A DNA stretch of 64,000 bases from an uncultured Candidatus Rokubacteria bacterium (GCA_963747235.1 CAVVEU010000028.1:12287-76286), one strand, 5' to 3'. Shown: positions 1-11,148, counted from the first letter of the stretch. A program made the numbers and translations. Notes: a model not told the origin generated them from the sequence alone.

Positions 1-591
1 GATCGCGAGGTAGAGCGGCGGGCTCACCACCAGGGCCACGCAGGCCAGCATCCCGTCGTAGCGCACCATGATCACGAACATCCCGGTGAGCATGAGCGCC
101 GCGCTCACCAGCGGCAGCGCCCCGTTCATCACGATGCCCTGGATCGCGTAGGTATCGGCCATCACCCGGAAGAGCAGGTCGCCGGTCTGCTGCTTGTTGT
201 GGAACCGGAGCGAGAGCTTCTGCAGGTGGGTCCAGATCGCGATGCGCAGGTCGTTGACCATGCGCTGGCCCACGTCGATCGTGAGGTAGTTCGACAGCAT
301 CGTGATCATGCCGCGGCAGACCGCGATCACCACGATCGCCGCGGCGGCGAGGCCGAGCTGGGCCATCGCGTCGAGCTGCGCGAACCACGGCCCCAGGATG
401 GCGGGAGGCGGCTTGTTGCCGAGGATGCTGTCGAGGACGATGGCCAGCGGCAGCGGCTTGGCGAGGTCGAGGGCGATCCCGAGGGCGGAGAGCCCGAACC
501 CCAGCGCCATGGGCGCCCGGTGGGGGCGCGCGTACCGGGCGATGCGCGGGAGCAAGGCGAGGAGGCCGCGCGATCCGGCTCCGCCGGTCAT
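1..591 (-). CDS. ABC exporter, N-terminal transmembrane domain (MsbA/MdlB-like), runs off the window edge
   Basis: Manual minus-strand translation from ATG at 591: MTGGAGSRGLLALLPRIARYARPH...LDLAKPLPLAIVLD...GQRMVNDLR...LQKLSLRFH...GDLLFRV, typical of an ABC TM domain. Confidence 0.85.
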   Translation of the reverse strand, partial: MTGGAGSRGLLALLPRIARYARPHRAPMALGFGLSALGIALDLAKPLPLAIVLDSILGNKPPPAILGPWFAQLDAMAQLGLAAAAIVVIAVCRGMITMLSNYLTIDVGQRMVNDLRIAIWTHLQKLSLRFHNKQQTGDLLFRVMADTYAIQGIVMNGALPLVSAALMLTGMFVIMVRYDGMLACVALVVSPPLYLAI

Positions 592-694
592 AAAAGGGCC
601 CTGTGCTGACCGTGTCTCATTTGATGGTGTAACCCTGCGGCGGGCGATGGCGTTCCCCGCCCGATTCCCCAGGATTCTCGCACATTACCGCGAG

Positions 695-1033
695 TTACGG
701 GTAGATCTGCCGGTACGCCAGGCGCGCGCGGTCCCCCGCCCCGCCGAAGCGGGCATTGTAGTCCCGGGTCATGGCCCGCAGCGTGTCCGACCGGACGAAG
801 GCCTGCAGCGACGCCTCGGAGTCGAACTCGTAGCAGACCATGTACTGCCACGGCTCGGCGCCGGCGTGGTCGCTCTCGAGCGGCAGGGCCGCGTAGCGTC
901 GCATCCCGAGACAGCCCGGGACCTGGGCCGCCTCCGTCGAGCGGACCGTGTCGTACCAGTGGTTGAAGGCCGCCTCGAGCTCGGGGGTGATGGTGGCCTT
1001 GACGACGAAGAGCGCGGGACGGGTCATTGCCAT
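695..1033 (-). CDS. EthD/DUF4286-like dimeric alpha-beta barrel protein
   Basis: AGGAGG RBS before ATG 1033; EAAFNHWYD...VPG...RRY...YEFDS pattern. Confidence 0.7.
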   Translation of the reverse strand: MAMTRPALFVVKATITPELEAAFNHWYDTVRSTEAAQVPGCLGMRRYAALPLESDHAGAEPWQYMVCYEFDSEASLQAFVRSDTLRAMTRDYNARFGGAGDRARLAYRQIYP

Positions 1034-1072
1034 GAGCCTCCTGGCGCGCACGGTAGCAGGTCGCGGGGGACA

Positions 1073-1101
1073 TTGCCGAGCCCGCGATGCCGGGGTATAA
1101 C
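1073..1101 (+). promoter_or_regulatory. sigma70-type promoter, leaderless transcript
   Basis: TTGCCG-17 nt-TATAAC, ATG 7 nt downstream at 1109. Confidence 0.55.
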
Positions 1102-1108
1102 CTCGCCC

Positions 1109-2346
1109 ATGTCCCCGCTTCCTCGCGAAGGCCAGAGCTGGCCCGAGCTCGCGCAAGCGCTCCGGACCTCAAGCGCGACGACCTCGACTGGCGTCGCGGC
1201 CGTCACGCGGCCTTCGTCTGGCACGCCGACGACGCGGTGGAGCACGTGGCCCGCGAGGCCTACGGCCTCTTCATGACCGAGAACGGCCTCGGGCTCCGCG
1301 TCTTCCCGAGCCTGCGTCGCATGGAGGCCGACGTCGTCGGGATGGTCTGCCAGCTCCTGGGGGGCGACGCCGCCACCACCGGCCACCTCACGTCCGGCGG
1401 CACCGAGAGCATCTTCCTCGCCACCCACGCGGCCCGCCAGTGGGCGCGGCAACAGCGTCCCGGGATCACCGAGCCCGAGATCGTGGCCGCGTGGTCGGCG
1501 CATCCCGCGGTGAACAAGGCGGCCCACTACCTCGGCATGACGGTGCGCCGCGTGCCGGTCGGGGCCGGCTTCCGCGCCGACGTGGCCGCGATGGCGGCCG
1601 CGATCACCCCGCGCACCGTGATGCTCTACGGCTCGGCGCCCACCTATTCGCTCGGCGTCATCGATCCCATCGCGGAGCTGGCCGATCTGGCGCGGGCGCG
1701 CGATCTGTGGCTGCACGTGGACGCCTGCGTGGGCGGGATCCTCGGTCCGTTCGTGCGCGCGCTGGGGCACCCGGTGCCGGAGTTCGGCCTCGCGCTGCCC
1801 GGCGTCACCTCGATCTCGGCCGATCTCCACAAGTCGGGCTACGCGGCCAAGGGCGCCTCCGTGGTCCTGTTCCGGACCGCGGAGCACCAGGCGGCGGGGC
1901 GCTACGACTTCGACGACTGGCCCACCGGGCTCTACAGCGTCAACACCTTCACCGGCACGCGGCCCGGCGGCGCCGTCGCCGCCGCGTGGGCGGTCATGCA
2001 CTTCCTGGGCGAGGCGGGGTATCGCCGCATCGCGGCCACCGTCATGGAGGCGAAGGCGCGCCTCGTCGAGGGCCTCGCGCGCATCGGCGGGGGCCTGCAC
2101 GTCTGGGGCGCGCCCGAGCTGTGGGCGGTGGGCTTCGGCAGCGACGCCCACGATATCTTCACCGTCGCCGATCGGATGACGACCCGGGGCTGGTCGGTGG
2201 GGCGCATTCGCGAGCCGCGCGGGATCCACCTCATGGTGACGCCGGTGCACGCGCCGATCATCGACGGAGTACCTGGCGGACCTGGCCCACTCGGTGAACG
2301 AGGCGCGGCCGTCGCGGGCCCGTCGCCGACTCGCGCCGTCTACTGA
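1109..2346 (+). CDS. PLP-dependent group II decarboxylase / sphingosine-1-phosphate lyase-like (frameshifts near both ends)
   Basis: TSGGTESI, WLHVDACVGG, SISADLHKSGY (PLP Lys), GTRPGG. Confidence 0.85.
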
Positions 2347-3122
2347 GTGCGGGCCGGGGCCGCGCTCGCGGTTGCCGCGCTCCTCCTGCTGACCGGCTGC
2401 ACCGTGTGGCTCGACCGCTTCGTCTTCTTTCCCGACCGGCACGTCGGGCCGCCGCCCGCCGGCGTGGAGGAGCGCGAGATCACCACCCCGGACGGCGTGC
2501 GCCTGCACGCGTGGTACGTGACGCCGCGCGACGGCGGCCCCGTGCTCCTGTGGTCGCACGGCAACGCGGGGAACATCGACTCGCGCCGGGCGCTGCTGGC
2601 GGCGCTGGCCGCCCGCGGGCTCGGGGTGCTCGCCTACGACTACCGCGGCTACGGGCGCAGCGAGGGCTCGCCGAGCGAGCCGGGCGTCTACCTCGACGCG
2701 GCCGCCGCCTTCGACGACCTGGTGGCGCGCGGGACGGACCCGGCCACCATCGTGTGCTTCGGCGAGTCGCTCGGCGGGGCCGTCTCCATCGAGCTCGCCA
2801 CCCGGCGGCGCTGCGGCGCGGTCATCACGGTCTCGAGCTTCACGCGGCTGGCCGACGTCGCGCGCCGGCACTACGGCCCGCTCGGCTCGCTCGCGGGCAA
2901 CCGGTTCGACTCGCTGGCGCGCGTGCCGCGGGTGGCGGCGCCGGTGCTCATCGCCCACGGCGACCAGGACGAGATCGTCCCCTTCGAGCTGGGGGAGCGG
3001 CTGTTCGCGGCGGTCGCCGGGCCGAAGCGCTTCTTCCGCATCGCCGGCGCCGACCACAACGACGCCCTGGGCCGCCCCGCCCTGCTCGACGCCATCGCGG
3101 AGTTCGCCCGGCGCCGCGGTGA
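2347..3122 (+). CDS. alpha/beta hydrolase (ABHD13/Bem46-like), probable lipoprotein; true stop likely near 3122 after an indel
   Basis: LLTGC lipobox, HGNAGN, YDYRGYGRS, GESLG nucleophile elbow, HGDQD, HND. Confidence 0.85.
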
Positions 3123-3193
3123 CCGCCCGCCCGGCAAGCGGTCACGCTATAGGCGCACATTGTCTTTGACGCGCCCGCCGCTCGTCTCGCACG

Positions 3194-3404
3194 ATGCCGG
3201 ACGAGCCGAGCGGGCCGGGCTCCGGCCTGGTCCCGGGCGACTGGGGCTACTACCGCGACCACGCAAACGTGGACGACAAGGCTCGCTTTCGTGGCCGACC
3301 GCCGCATGAGCGCGGTCTTCTCCCGATTCTGGTCCGAGCAGCAGCCCCGCCTCCGGGCCGACCTGAAAGCCGCCCGGAACGAGCCGGCGGCACGGCACCG
3401 CTGA
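3194..3404 (+). CDS. small hypothetical protein (one frameshift)
   Basis: Joining frames at the TTT run near 3287 gives MPDEP...DKARFVADRRMSAVFSRFWSEQQPRLRADLKAARNEPAARHR*; TTGACG upstream. Confidence 0.35.
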
Positions 3405-3437
3405 TGGGCAGGCCCAACGGTGCTAAGCTGTGGCGCC

Positions 3438-3746
3438 ATGAGCGATCTTCTGGACAATGCGCGTGAGCTCCGGCAGAAGCTCCACCGCCTCGAGGTGCTG
3501 CTGGAGATCGAGAAGGGGGAACGACGTCGCAGCTGGTTCGCGGGCAAGACGCCTGAGGCGGCAGAACGGGGGGCCGCGATCAAGCGGCTCACCCAGACCG
3601 GCCTCGTCGAGGCCGCGGACCCTCCCGCCCCCTTCCGGCTGACTCCCGAAGGCCGGGAGTTCCTGCAGGACGTCCGGTCCAAGGTCGGGGCCGGCGACGC
3701 GCTGGACTGGACCCGCGCGGACGAGATCGACTTCTCGAAGCTCTGA
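3438..3746 (+). CDS. hypothetical protein, possible winged-helix fold
   Basis: Clean ORF; AIKRLTQTGLVE...FRLTPEGREFL resembles a wHTH wing; TAAGCT 8 nt upstream. Confidence 0.65.
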   Translation: MSDLLDNARELRQKLHRLEVLLEIEKGERRRSWFAGKTPEAAERGAAIKRLTQTGLVEAADPPAPFRLTPEGREFLQDVRSKVGAGDALDWTRADEIDFSKL

Positions 3747-3816
3747 GCCCGGAGTCCGCGCGCCGCTTCTCGGCCGTCCGTTGCGCCCCGGCTCCGCCCC
3801 GGTTAGCATCGGCCGC

Positions 3817-5001
3817 ATGACGACGACGCGCACCGCGGAGGTGGTGATCATCGGGGGCGGCGTGACCGGCGCCAGCACCGCGTTTCACCTGACCCGGCGC
3901 GGCATCACCGACGTGATCGTCGTGGACAAGGGCGCGATCGCCTCCGGGGGCACCGGGAAGAGCTCGGCGTGCGTGCGCCAGCACTATTCGACCTCGGAGA
4001 CCTGCCGGATGATCCGGTACTCGCTCGACTTCTTCCAGCGCTTCGCCGAGCACACCGACGGCGCCTCGTGCGGCTTCCGCCACACCGGCTACCTGCTCGG
4101 GGTGGACGCGAGGATGCGCACGCCCATGGAGGCGTCGGTCGCGCTCCAGCGCTCGGTCGGCATCGACACGCGGCTGGTCTCCCCCACCGACATGCGCGAG
4201 ATCGAGCCGCGCCTGCGCGCGGACGATCTGGTGGCCGGCTGCTACGAGCCGGCGTCCGGCTACTGCAACCCGGTCGAGACCGCCCAGGGCTTGGCGCGGG
4301 CCGCGCGCACCGCGGGCGCGCGCATCCTGGAGGACACCGCGGTGCTCGGGCTGCTCGTGGACGGCGACCGCGTCCGCGGCGTTCGCACCAGCGCGGGCGA
4401 CATCCACGCCCCGGTGGTCGTCAACGCGGCCGGCCTGTGGAGCGCCCGGGTGAGCGCGATGGCCGGCGTCGAGCTGCCGATCCACGTGTGCCGTCACAAG
4501 ATCAGCATCGTGGCCTGGCCCGAGGCCGATCGGCGGCCGCACCCGATGGTGTACGACTTCGTCACCAACATCTACACGCGCCCCGAGATGGGCGAGCACA
4601 TCCTGGTCGGCGGGCTCGACGCCGAGGAATCGCAGGCCAGCGCCGACCCCGACGCCTACCAGGAAGGCGTGAGCCTCGACGAGTCCACCGAGGCCCTCGC
4701 GCGCGTGAGCCACCGCTTCCCCGCGCTCGCCGACGGCCACATCGCCCGCGGCTACGCGGGCTGCTTCGACGTCTCCCCCGACTGGCATCCCATCCTCGAC
4801 CGCGTGGGCCCGGAGGGCTATCACGTGGCCGCGGGCTTCTCCGGCCACGGCTTCAAGCTGTCCCCCGCCGTGGGCCACATGATGGCGGCCCTCATCGCCG
4901 AGGGGTCGGGCGGGCATCCGGACCTGCCCACCTTCCGCCTGGCCCGGTTCGCGGAGGGCAAGCCGATCCGAGGAACCTATGGCGACTGGCTGATGTGCTA
5001 G
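3817..5001 (+). CDS. FAD-dependent oxidoreductase (DAO/sarcosine oxidase beta family)
   Basis: IIGGGVTG, VVNAAGLWS, SPDWHPI, GFSGHGFKLSPAVG. Confidence 0.9.
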   Translation: MTTTRTAEVVIIGGGVTGASTAFHLTRRGITDVIVVDKGAIASGGTGKSSACVRQHYSTSETCRMIRYSLDFFQRFAEHTDGASCGFRHTGYLLGVDARMRTPMEASVALQRSVGIDTRLVSPTDMREIEPRLRADDLVAGCYEPASGYCNPVETAQGLARAARTAGARILEDTAVLGLLVDGDRVRGVRTSAGDIHAPVVVNAAGLWSARVSAMAGVELPIHVCRHKISIVAWPEADRRPHPMVYDFVTNIYTRPEMGEHILVGGLDAEESQASADPDAYQEGVSLDESTEALARVSHRFPALADGHIARGYAGCFDVSPDWHPILDRVGPEGYHVAAGFSGHGFKLSPAVGHMMAALIAEGSGGHPDLPTFRLARFAEGKPIRGTYGDWLMC

Positions 5002-6215
5002 CGCGCCCACTGCATCCCTGGCGCATCCCTGGCTCGTCGTCGGCGCGGTCTGGGTCACGCTCGCGATCGCCTCCGGCCTCTACTTCTCGTTCCCGATCTT
5101 CTTCGTGGCGCTCCTGGATGAGTTCGGCTGGTCCCGCGGGGCGACCGCGGCCGCGTTCTCGATCTCGTCGATCGCGCAAGGCGTGCTCGCGCCGGTGGTC
5201 GGCATCCTCGTGGACCGCCTGGGGCCGCGCCGGGTCATGCTCGGGGGCGCGGGCGTGCTCGGGCTCGGGGTGCGCGCTGTCGAGCCGCGTGGACTCGCTG
5301 TGGTCGCTCTACCTGATCGTCGGCGTGCTGACCGCGGCCGGGGCGTGCGCGGTGAGCTGGGTGCCGGCGGGCGCGCTGATCGCGCGATGGTTCACCGAGG
5401 GGCGCGGCAGCGCGATGGGCGTGGCGTTCTCGGGCATGGGCGCCGGCGTGCTGACGGTGGGGCCGCTCGCCCAGTGGCTGATCGCCGGGTACGGCTGGCG
5501 CGCCGCCTATCTCGCCCTGGGCCTGGGCACGCTGGCCGTGCTCCTGCCCCTCATCTGGCTGGGCGTGCACGACGGGCCCGGCGTCACCGCGCCGGCGCGC
5601 GGCGCGAGCGGGGGCCCCCTCACCTGGGGCGCGGAGGTCGGCGACGCGCTGCGGACGCGCGCGTTCTGGGCCCTCTTCTTCGCGTACCTCTGCACGCCGC
5701 TGGCGGTCTTCTCGGTGGTCACGCACCAGGTGGCCTTCGCGGTGGACCACGGCTTCCCGCGGCTGTTCGTCGCCTCGATCTTCGGGCTCACCGGGCTGCT
5801 CTCGGTGGTCGGCCGCATCGGGTTCGGCATCGCGGCCGATCGGATCGGGCGTGCCCCCTCGGCCACCATCTCCTACGGCTGCACGGCGGTGGGCACGCTC
5901 TGCCTGCTCGGGCTCGAGGTCTGGCCGCACGTGGCGGCGCTCTACGCCTACGCGATCTTCTTCGGCCTGGGCTTCGGCGCCCGCGGCCCCATCATCACCG
6001 CGATGGCCTCCCAGCTCTTTCCCGGGCGCTTCGGCGCGATCTACGGCCTGCTCAGCGTCGGCAACGGCATCGGCGGCGGCGTGGCGCCGTGGTTCGGCGG
6101 CTACGTCCACGACCTCACCGGGAGCTACCGGATCGCGTTCCTGATCGCGGTCGCCTTCTGCGCGGTCGGCGCGGCGTGCTTCTGGCTCGCACGACCTCCG
6201 CGCGATGCGCTATGA
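4995..6215 (+). CDS. MFS transporter (frameshifted)
   Basis: FGWSRG, GILVDRLGPRRV motif A, ADRIGR; many TM segments spread over several frames. Confidence 0.85.
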   Translation: MLARPLHPWRIPGSSSARSGSRSRSPPASTSRSRSSSWRSWMSSAGPAGRPRPRSRSRRSRKACSRRWSASSWTAWGRAGSCSGARACSGSGCALSSRVDSLWSLYLIVGVLTAAGACAVSWVPAGALIARWFTEGRGSAMGVAFSGMGAGVLTVGPLAQWLIAGYGWRAAYLALGLGTLAVLLPLIWLGVHDGPGVTAPARGASGGPLTWGAEVGDALRTRAFWALFFAYLCTPLAVFSVVTHQVAFAVDHGFPRLFVASIFGLTGLLSVVGRIGFGIAADRIGRAPSATISYGCTAVGTLCLLGLEVWPHVAALYAYAIFFGLGFGARGPIITAMASQLFPGRFGAIYGLLSVGNGIGGGVAPWFGGYVHDLTGSYRIAFLIAVAFCAVGAACFWLARPPRDAL

Positions 6216-6223
6216 TCCGGCCG

Positions 6224-7021
6224 ATGCGCCTGGCGGGTCGTGTCGCGGCCATCACCGGAGGAGCGCTCGGGATCGGGCGCGCGACCGCGCGCATCTTCGC
6301 CGAGGAGGGCGCGACTCGTCGCGCTCGGCGACGTGCAGGTCGAGGCGGCGGAAGCGGTGGCGCAGGAGATCCGCGGGCGCGGCGGCAAGGCGATCGCGGT
6401 CGGCCTGGACGTGGGCGACGCGGCGCCGTGCAGGCCTTCGTCGACCGCGTGGTCGACGAGTTCGGCCGCCTCGACGTCATGTTCGCCAACGCGGGGATCG
6501 CGCACTCGGCGCCGTTCCTGGAGCACCCCGAGGCCCAGTGGCACCGGGTCCTGCGCGTCAACCTGACCGGCGTCTTCCTCTGCTGCCAGGCCGCCGCGCG
6601 TCAGATGGTCAAGCAGGGCGGCGGCCGGATCATCACCACCGCGTCGATCAATGGCTTCCGCGGCGTGGAGAACCTGGTCGGGTACAACGCGGCCAAGGCC
6701 GGCGTCATCGAGCTGACCCGCACCATGGCGGTCGAGCTGGCGCAGCATCGCATCGCGGTGAACGCGATCGCCCCCGCCCAGATCGACACCCGGCTCACGC
6801 GGAGCCTCCCCGAGGCCGCGCGGCGCCGGCGGGTGGAGCGCATCCCGATGGCGCGCTTCGGCGAGCCCGAGGAGGTGGCCCGGGTGGCGCTCTTCCTCGC
6901 CTCAGACGACGCCAGCTACGTCACCGGGCACACGCTCGCGGTGGATGGCGGCTACCTGGCCGGCGGCCTCTGGTCGGCGCGCGCCGGACGTCGCGGGCGC
7001 CCGGCGGCACGCCGGGACTAG
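6224..7021 (+). CDS. SDR family oxidoreductase (FabG-like, frameshifted)
   Basis: TGGALGIG, NAGI, YNAAK, VDGG. Confidence 0.9.
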   Translation: MRLAGRVAAITGGALGIGRATARIFAEEGATRRARRRAGRGGGSGGAGDPRARRQGDRGRPGRGRRGAVQAFVDRVVDEFGRLDVMFANAGIAHSAPFLEHPEAQWHRVLRVNLTGVFLCCQAAARQMVKQGGGRIITTASINGFRGVENLVGYNAAKAGVIELTRTMAVELAQHRIAVNAIAPAQIDTRLTRSLPEAARRRRVERIPMARFGEPEEVARVALFLASDDASYVTGHTLAVDGGYLAGGLWSARAGRRGRPAARRD

Positions 7022-7066
7022 CAGTCCGGCGCGGCCCGGCCGCCGGCCACCACCCACCGAGACGCG

Positions 7067-8275
7067 ATGGATCATGCCCTGAGCGACATCACCGTGATCG
7101 ACCTCGGCCAGGTCATCGCGATGCCCTTCTGCACGATGCTGCTCGCCGACCTCGGCGCGCGGGTGATCAAGGTCGAGTCGCCGGAGCGCGGGCGCGAGCG
7201 CGTGTCGCTCGGCGTGAGGCGCCGCCGCGACGGCGTCGAGGAGCGGGTGCCGGCCGCGCAGTACCGCGATCGCAACAAGCTCGGGGTCACGCTCGATCTG
7301 AAGACCCCGGCCGGCCTCGAGCTGTTCCGCGAGCTGGTGCAGCACGCCGACGTGGTCACCGAGAACTGGAGCGTCGGCACGATGGAGCGCCTCGGCCTCG
7401 GCTGCGAGGCGCTGCGCCGCATCAATCCGAGGCTCGTCTACGCCTCGATCACCGCGTTCGGCCAGACCGGGCCGTACGCGCCCCAGCGGGGCTACGACAT
7501 GCTCGCGCAGGCGATCAGCGGGTACATGAGCATCACCGGCGATCCGGACGGGCCGCCCACCCGGTCCGGCCAGTCGATCTCGGACTACTACGCGGGCATG
7601 CTGTGCGCGTTCAGCATCGTCTCCGCGCTGCACTACCGGCGAGCGCACCGGCCGAGGGCAGCGCATCGACCTGGCGCTGCTCGACAGCCTCCTGGTGGCG
7701 CTGGACAACCTCGGGGAGCGCTACACGGTCGGCGGCGAGATCCTCACCCGCGCCGGGAACGTCTCGTTCGCCGGCTCGGCCACCGGGATCTACGCGACGA
7801 CCGACGGCCACGTGGCGATCGCGGCCGCCGCGAGCAACGCGGTGTGGGCCCGCTTCTGCGCCGTCATCGGCCGGGACGAGCTGACGCGCGCCCCCGAGTT
7901 CGCCACCGCGGCGGCCCGGCGTGATCGCCGCGACGAGATCGCCGCGATCATCCAGCGGTGGACCGGGGCGCGCGGCAAGGCCGAGGTGGTGCGCGCCCTC
8001 GACCGACGGCCGGCGTCCCGGCCGCGCCGGTCAACAACGTGGCCGAGATGGTCGCCGATCCGCAGGTGCGGGCCCGCGAGATGTTCGTGGAGATCGACCA
8101 TCCCGTCTACGGTCCCCTGACGACGACCGGGACGCCGCTGAAGCTCTCGGAGACGCCCGGTCGGGTCCGCTGGCTGGCTCCAATGCCGGGGGAGCACAAC
8201 GACGAGGTCTTCGTCGATCTCCTGGGCCACTCGCCGGAGGAGCTCGAGCGCTGGCGCGCCGAGGGCGTGATCTGA
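7067..8275 (+). CDS. CaiB/BaiF class III CoA transferase (frameshifted)
   Basis: LADLGARVIKVE, RNKLGVTLDLK, ADVVTEN, GYDMLAQA, PMPGEHN. Confidence 0.9.
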
Positions 8276-8297
8276 CCGGCGCGACCGCTCGCCCGCG

Positions 8298-9476
8298 TCA
8301 CCCCATCGGGTCCACGTCGGGGAAGCCCAGCAGGATCTGGCCGAGGCGCTCGTAGGCCGAGTCGCTCACCATGAGGTGCTGCGCGCCCGCGTTGATGTCG
8401 CGGAGACAGCGCTGCAGCACCCCGGTGCGGTAGAGCGCGCCGCCGCCGGCCGCGCGGAAGAGGCCGGTCACGACCTCCACGGCGGTCTCGGTCGCGTAGG
8501 TGGCCACGCTGCGCAGCTCGGCCTGCTGGCGCCGCGTGAGGGTGCCGCCCGCGCCGACCGTCGCCCAGGCCGCCTCGAAGAGCTCGATGGCGCCCGCCCG
8601 CACCGCGCGGAGGCGGATCTCGCCCTCGCCGAGCCGCGCCTGGAAGGCGGCCCGCGCGGCCAGCGGCGACGCGGTGACGAGGCCGCGCGACTTCGATTGC
8701 GCCAGCTCGGCCGCGGCGCCGAGGGCGCGGCGCATGATGCCGAGCGCGAAGGCCACGTGCTCGTAGGCCACGAAGGCGGGCATGCCGAGCCGGAACAGCG
8801 CGCCGCCCCGGCGCGGCTTCGCGGTGGCGGGGTTCCAGGCGAAGGCGGCGGGCACGAAGCAATCGGTGACGGAGAAGTCGCTGCTGCCGGTGCCCTCGAG
8901 GCCGGCGACCTTCCAGTTGTCGTGGATCTCCGCGGCCGCGGCCGGGATGACCACGATGTGGCGCTCGCCCGGGTCCTGCGCGTCGCGGCGGACCATCGCG
9001 CCGGCGGTGAGCCACTCGGCGTGGCGCACGCCGCTGGCGAAGGGCCAGCGTCCGGTGAGCCGGTAGCCGCCGTCCACCGGCGTGGCGGTGCCGGTCGGCA
9101 GGATGGCGACGGCGGCGGGCGGAACACGGCCGCCCGCCAGGATCGTGGCGATCGCCTCGTCGGGGAGAAACCCGGCGGGCAGGCCCACCGCGGTGGTCGC
9201 GACCATGAGGCACCAGCCGGCCGAGGCGTCCACGTGCGTGAGCGCCTCGAGCACCTCGAGCTGGGTGACCGGATCCGCCTCGGCGCCGCCCAGCGACTCG
9301 GGGACCTTCAGCGCAAGGAGCCCCGAGTCGGCGAGCGCGCGCACGGTCGCCGGCGGCAAGGTCCGCAGGCGCTCGGCTTCCTCCGCGCCGGCCGCGACGA
9401 CGTCGCGGATGGCCTCCACCGCGGCGAGCAGGTGCGCGCGCTTCGCGGCACGCTCGCGAGGAAACCCCGGGCTCAT
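8298..9476 (-). CDS. acyl-CoA dehydrogenase-fold flavin-dependent monooxygenase (HsaA-like)
   Basis: GRWPFASG, NWKVAGLEGTGS, LQRCLRD...QH. Confidence 0.85.
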   Translation of the reverse strand: MSPGFPRERAAKRAHLLAAVEAIRDVVAAGAEEAERLRTLPPATVRALADSGLLALKVPESLGGAEADPVTQLEVLEALTHVDASAGWCLMVATTAVGLPAGFLPDEAIATILAGGRVPPAAVAILPTGTATPVDGGYRLTGRWPFASGVRHAEWLTAGAMVRRDAQDPGERHIVVIPAAAAEIHDNWKVAGLEGTGSSDFSVTDCFVPAAFAWNPATAKPRRGGALFRLGMPAFVAYEHVAFALGIMRRALGAAAELAQSKSRGLVTASPLAARAAFQARLGEGEIRLRAVRAGAIELFEAAWATVGAGGTLTRRQQAELRSVATYATETAVEVVTGLFRAAGGGALYRTGVLQRCLRDINAGAQHLMVSDSAYERLGQILLGFPDVDPMG

Positions 9477-9573
9477 AGGTGGGCGACCTTAGCCGGAGAC
9501 CCCGCGGAGGTCAAGGATCGCGGGACGCGCTTGACGCTGCTCCCACGCCCGCGTCAGTATCCCCCGAGTCCCC

Positions 9574-10746
9574 ATGACCTCCGCGTCCCCCTTCGTCCCC
9601 GGCCCCGCGGTCCGGATCGCCGGCGCCCCCGGCGGCCCGCTCGCCGGCCTGACCTTCGCGGCCAAGGATCTCTTCGACGTCGCGGGCCATCCGACCGGCG
9701 GCGGCAACCCGGACTGGGCGCGCTGGTACCCGGTGCCGACGCGGCACGCCTGGGCGGTGCAGCGCCTGCTCGACGCCGGCGCGACGCTGATCGGCAAGAC
9801 GATCACCGACGAGGTCTCGCTCGGCATCCTCGGGGAGAACGCCTTCGACGGCACGCCGCTGAATCCGAGCGCGCCCGACCGCGTGCCGGGCGGATCGTCC
9901 TCGGGCTCGGCCTCGGCGGTGGCCCAGGGCCTCTGCGACACCGCGCTCGGCACCGACACCGGCGGCTCGGTGCGGGTGCCGGCGAGCTTCTGCGGCCTCC
10001 ACGGCATCCGGCCCACGCACGGCCGCCTCGACCTCACCGGCATGCTGCCGCAGGCGCCCACCTCCGACACCACCGGCTGGTTCGCCCGCGACGCGCAGAC
10101 GTTCGCGCGGGTCAGCGCGGTGATGCTCGGCGAGCCGATCCCGGCCGCGCGGCCGGCGCGCCTCGTCGTCGCGCAGGACGCCTTCGGCCTGGCCGACGAG
10201 GAGACGGCCGCCGCGCTCCAGCCGATGGTGCGCCGCCTCGCCGCGCTGGTGGGCGAGAGCCGTGAAGAGATCATGGCGCCGCCCGGCCTCACCGCCTGGG
10301 CGCGGGCCCAGCGCACGCTGCAGCCGTGGGAGGCGTGGCTCACCTTCAAGGAGTGGATCGACCGCGACAACCCGCGGATGGCGTTCGGCGTGGCCCGCAA
10401 TCTCGCGCTCGGGAGCGCGATCCCGGAGAGCGAGCGGCAGTGGGCCGCGCTGGTGCGCGCCGAGGCCCGCGCCCGGCTCACCGCGCTCCTGCCGCCGGGG
10501 ACGATCCTCTGCCTGCCGACCACCCCGTTCCCCGCGCCGCTCCGGGGCCTGCCGCTCGCGACGCTCGAGCCGCTGCGCGCCCGCATCACGTGCCTGGCCG
10601 CGCACGGCGGCCTCGCCGGCCTGCCACAGGTGAGCCTGCCTGGCGCGCTCATGAACGGCCTGCCGGTGGGCCTGTCCATCCTGGGCGCGCGCGGCAGCGA
10701 CGCCATGCTGGTGGCGGTGGCGCAGGCCATGGAGGCCGCGCGATGA
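9574..10746 (+). CDS. amidase signature family protein
   Basis: AAKDLFD, GGSSSGSA, GTDTGGSVR. Confidence 0.9.
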   Translation: MTSASPFVPGPAVRIAGAPGGPLAGLTFAAKDLFDVAGHPTGGGNPDWARWYPVPTRHAWAVQRLLDAGATLIGKTITDEVSLGILGENAFDGTPLNPSAPDRVPGGSSSGSASAVAQGLCDTALGTDTGGSVRVPASFCGLHGIRPTHGRLDLTGMLPQAPTSDTTGWFARDAQTFARVSAVMLGEPIPAARPARLVVAQDAFGLADEETAAALQPMVRRLAALVGESREEIMAPPGLTAWARAQRTLQPWEAWLTFKEWIDRDNPRMAFGVARNLALGSAIPESERQWAALVRAEARARLTALLPPGTILCLPTTPFPAPLRGLPLATLEPLRARITCLAAHGGLAGLPQVSLPGALMNGLPVGLSILGARGSDAMLVAVAQAMEAAR

Positions 10747-11148
10747 CCGATCTCACGCCCAATCGCCCCGAGGTGGTGGCCGAGGTCCGCGCGCTGTTCG
10801 AGCGCTACGAGCAGGCGCTGATCGACAAGACGGTCGAGGTGCTCGACGCCACCTTCTGGGACAGCCCGCACACCATCCGCTACGCGCTCCACGAGAACGG
10901 CTACGGCTTCGACGCGATCCACGCCCATCGCGTGGCGCGCCCGCCGGGGCCCGGCATCAAGGAGCAGCGCCTGCGCCTCGAGATCCTCACGCTCGGCCGC
11001 GATCTCGCCACCGTGAACCTCGAGTTCAAGGTGCGCGGCCGCGACCTGGTCGGCCGCCAGAGCCAGACGTGGGTGCGCTTCCCCGGATCTCGGCTGGAAG
11101 GTCATCGCCGCGCACGTCTCCACGATGAACGCGGCGCCGCTCTGGTGA
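10743..11148 (+). CDS. AtzH/HpxZ-like (DUF3225) protein (frameshift near C-terminus)
   Basis: EVRALFERYEQAL, FWDSPHTIRY, ENGYG, GRQSQTWVRF, AAHVS. Confidence 0.85.
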
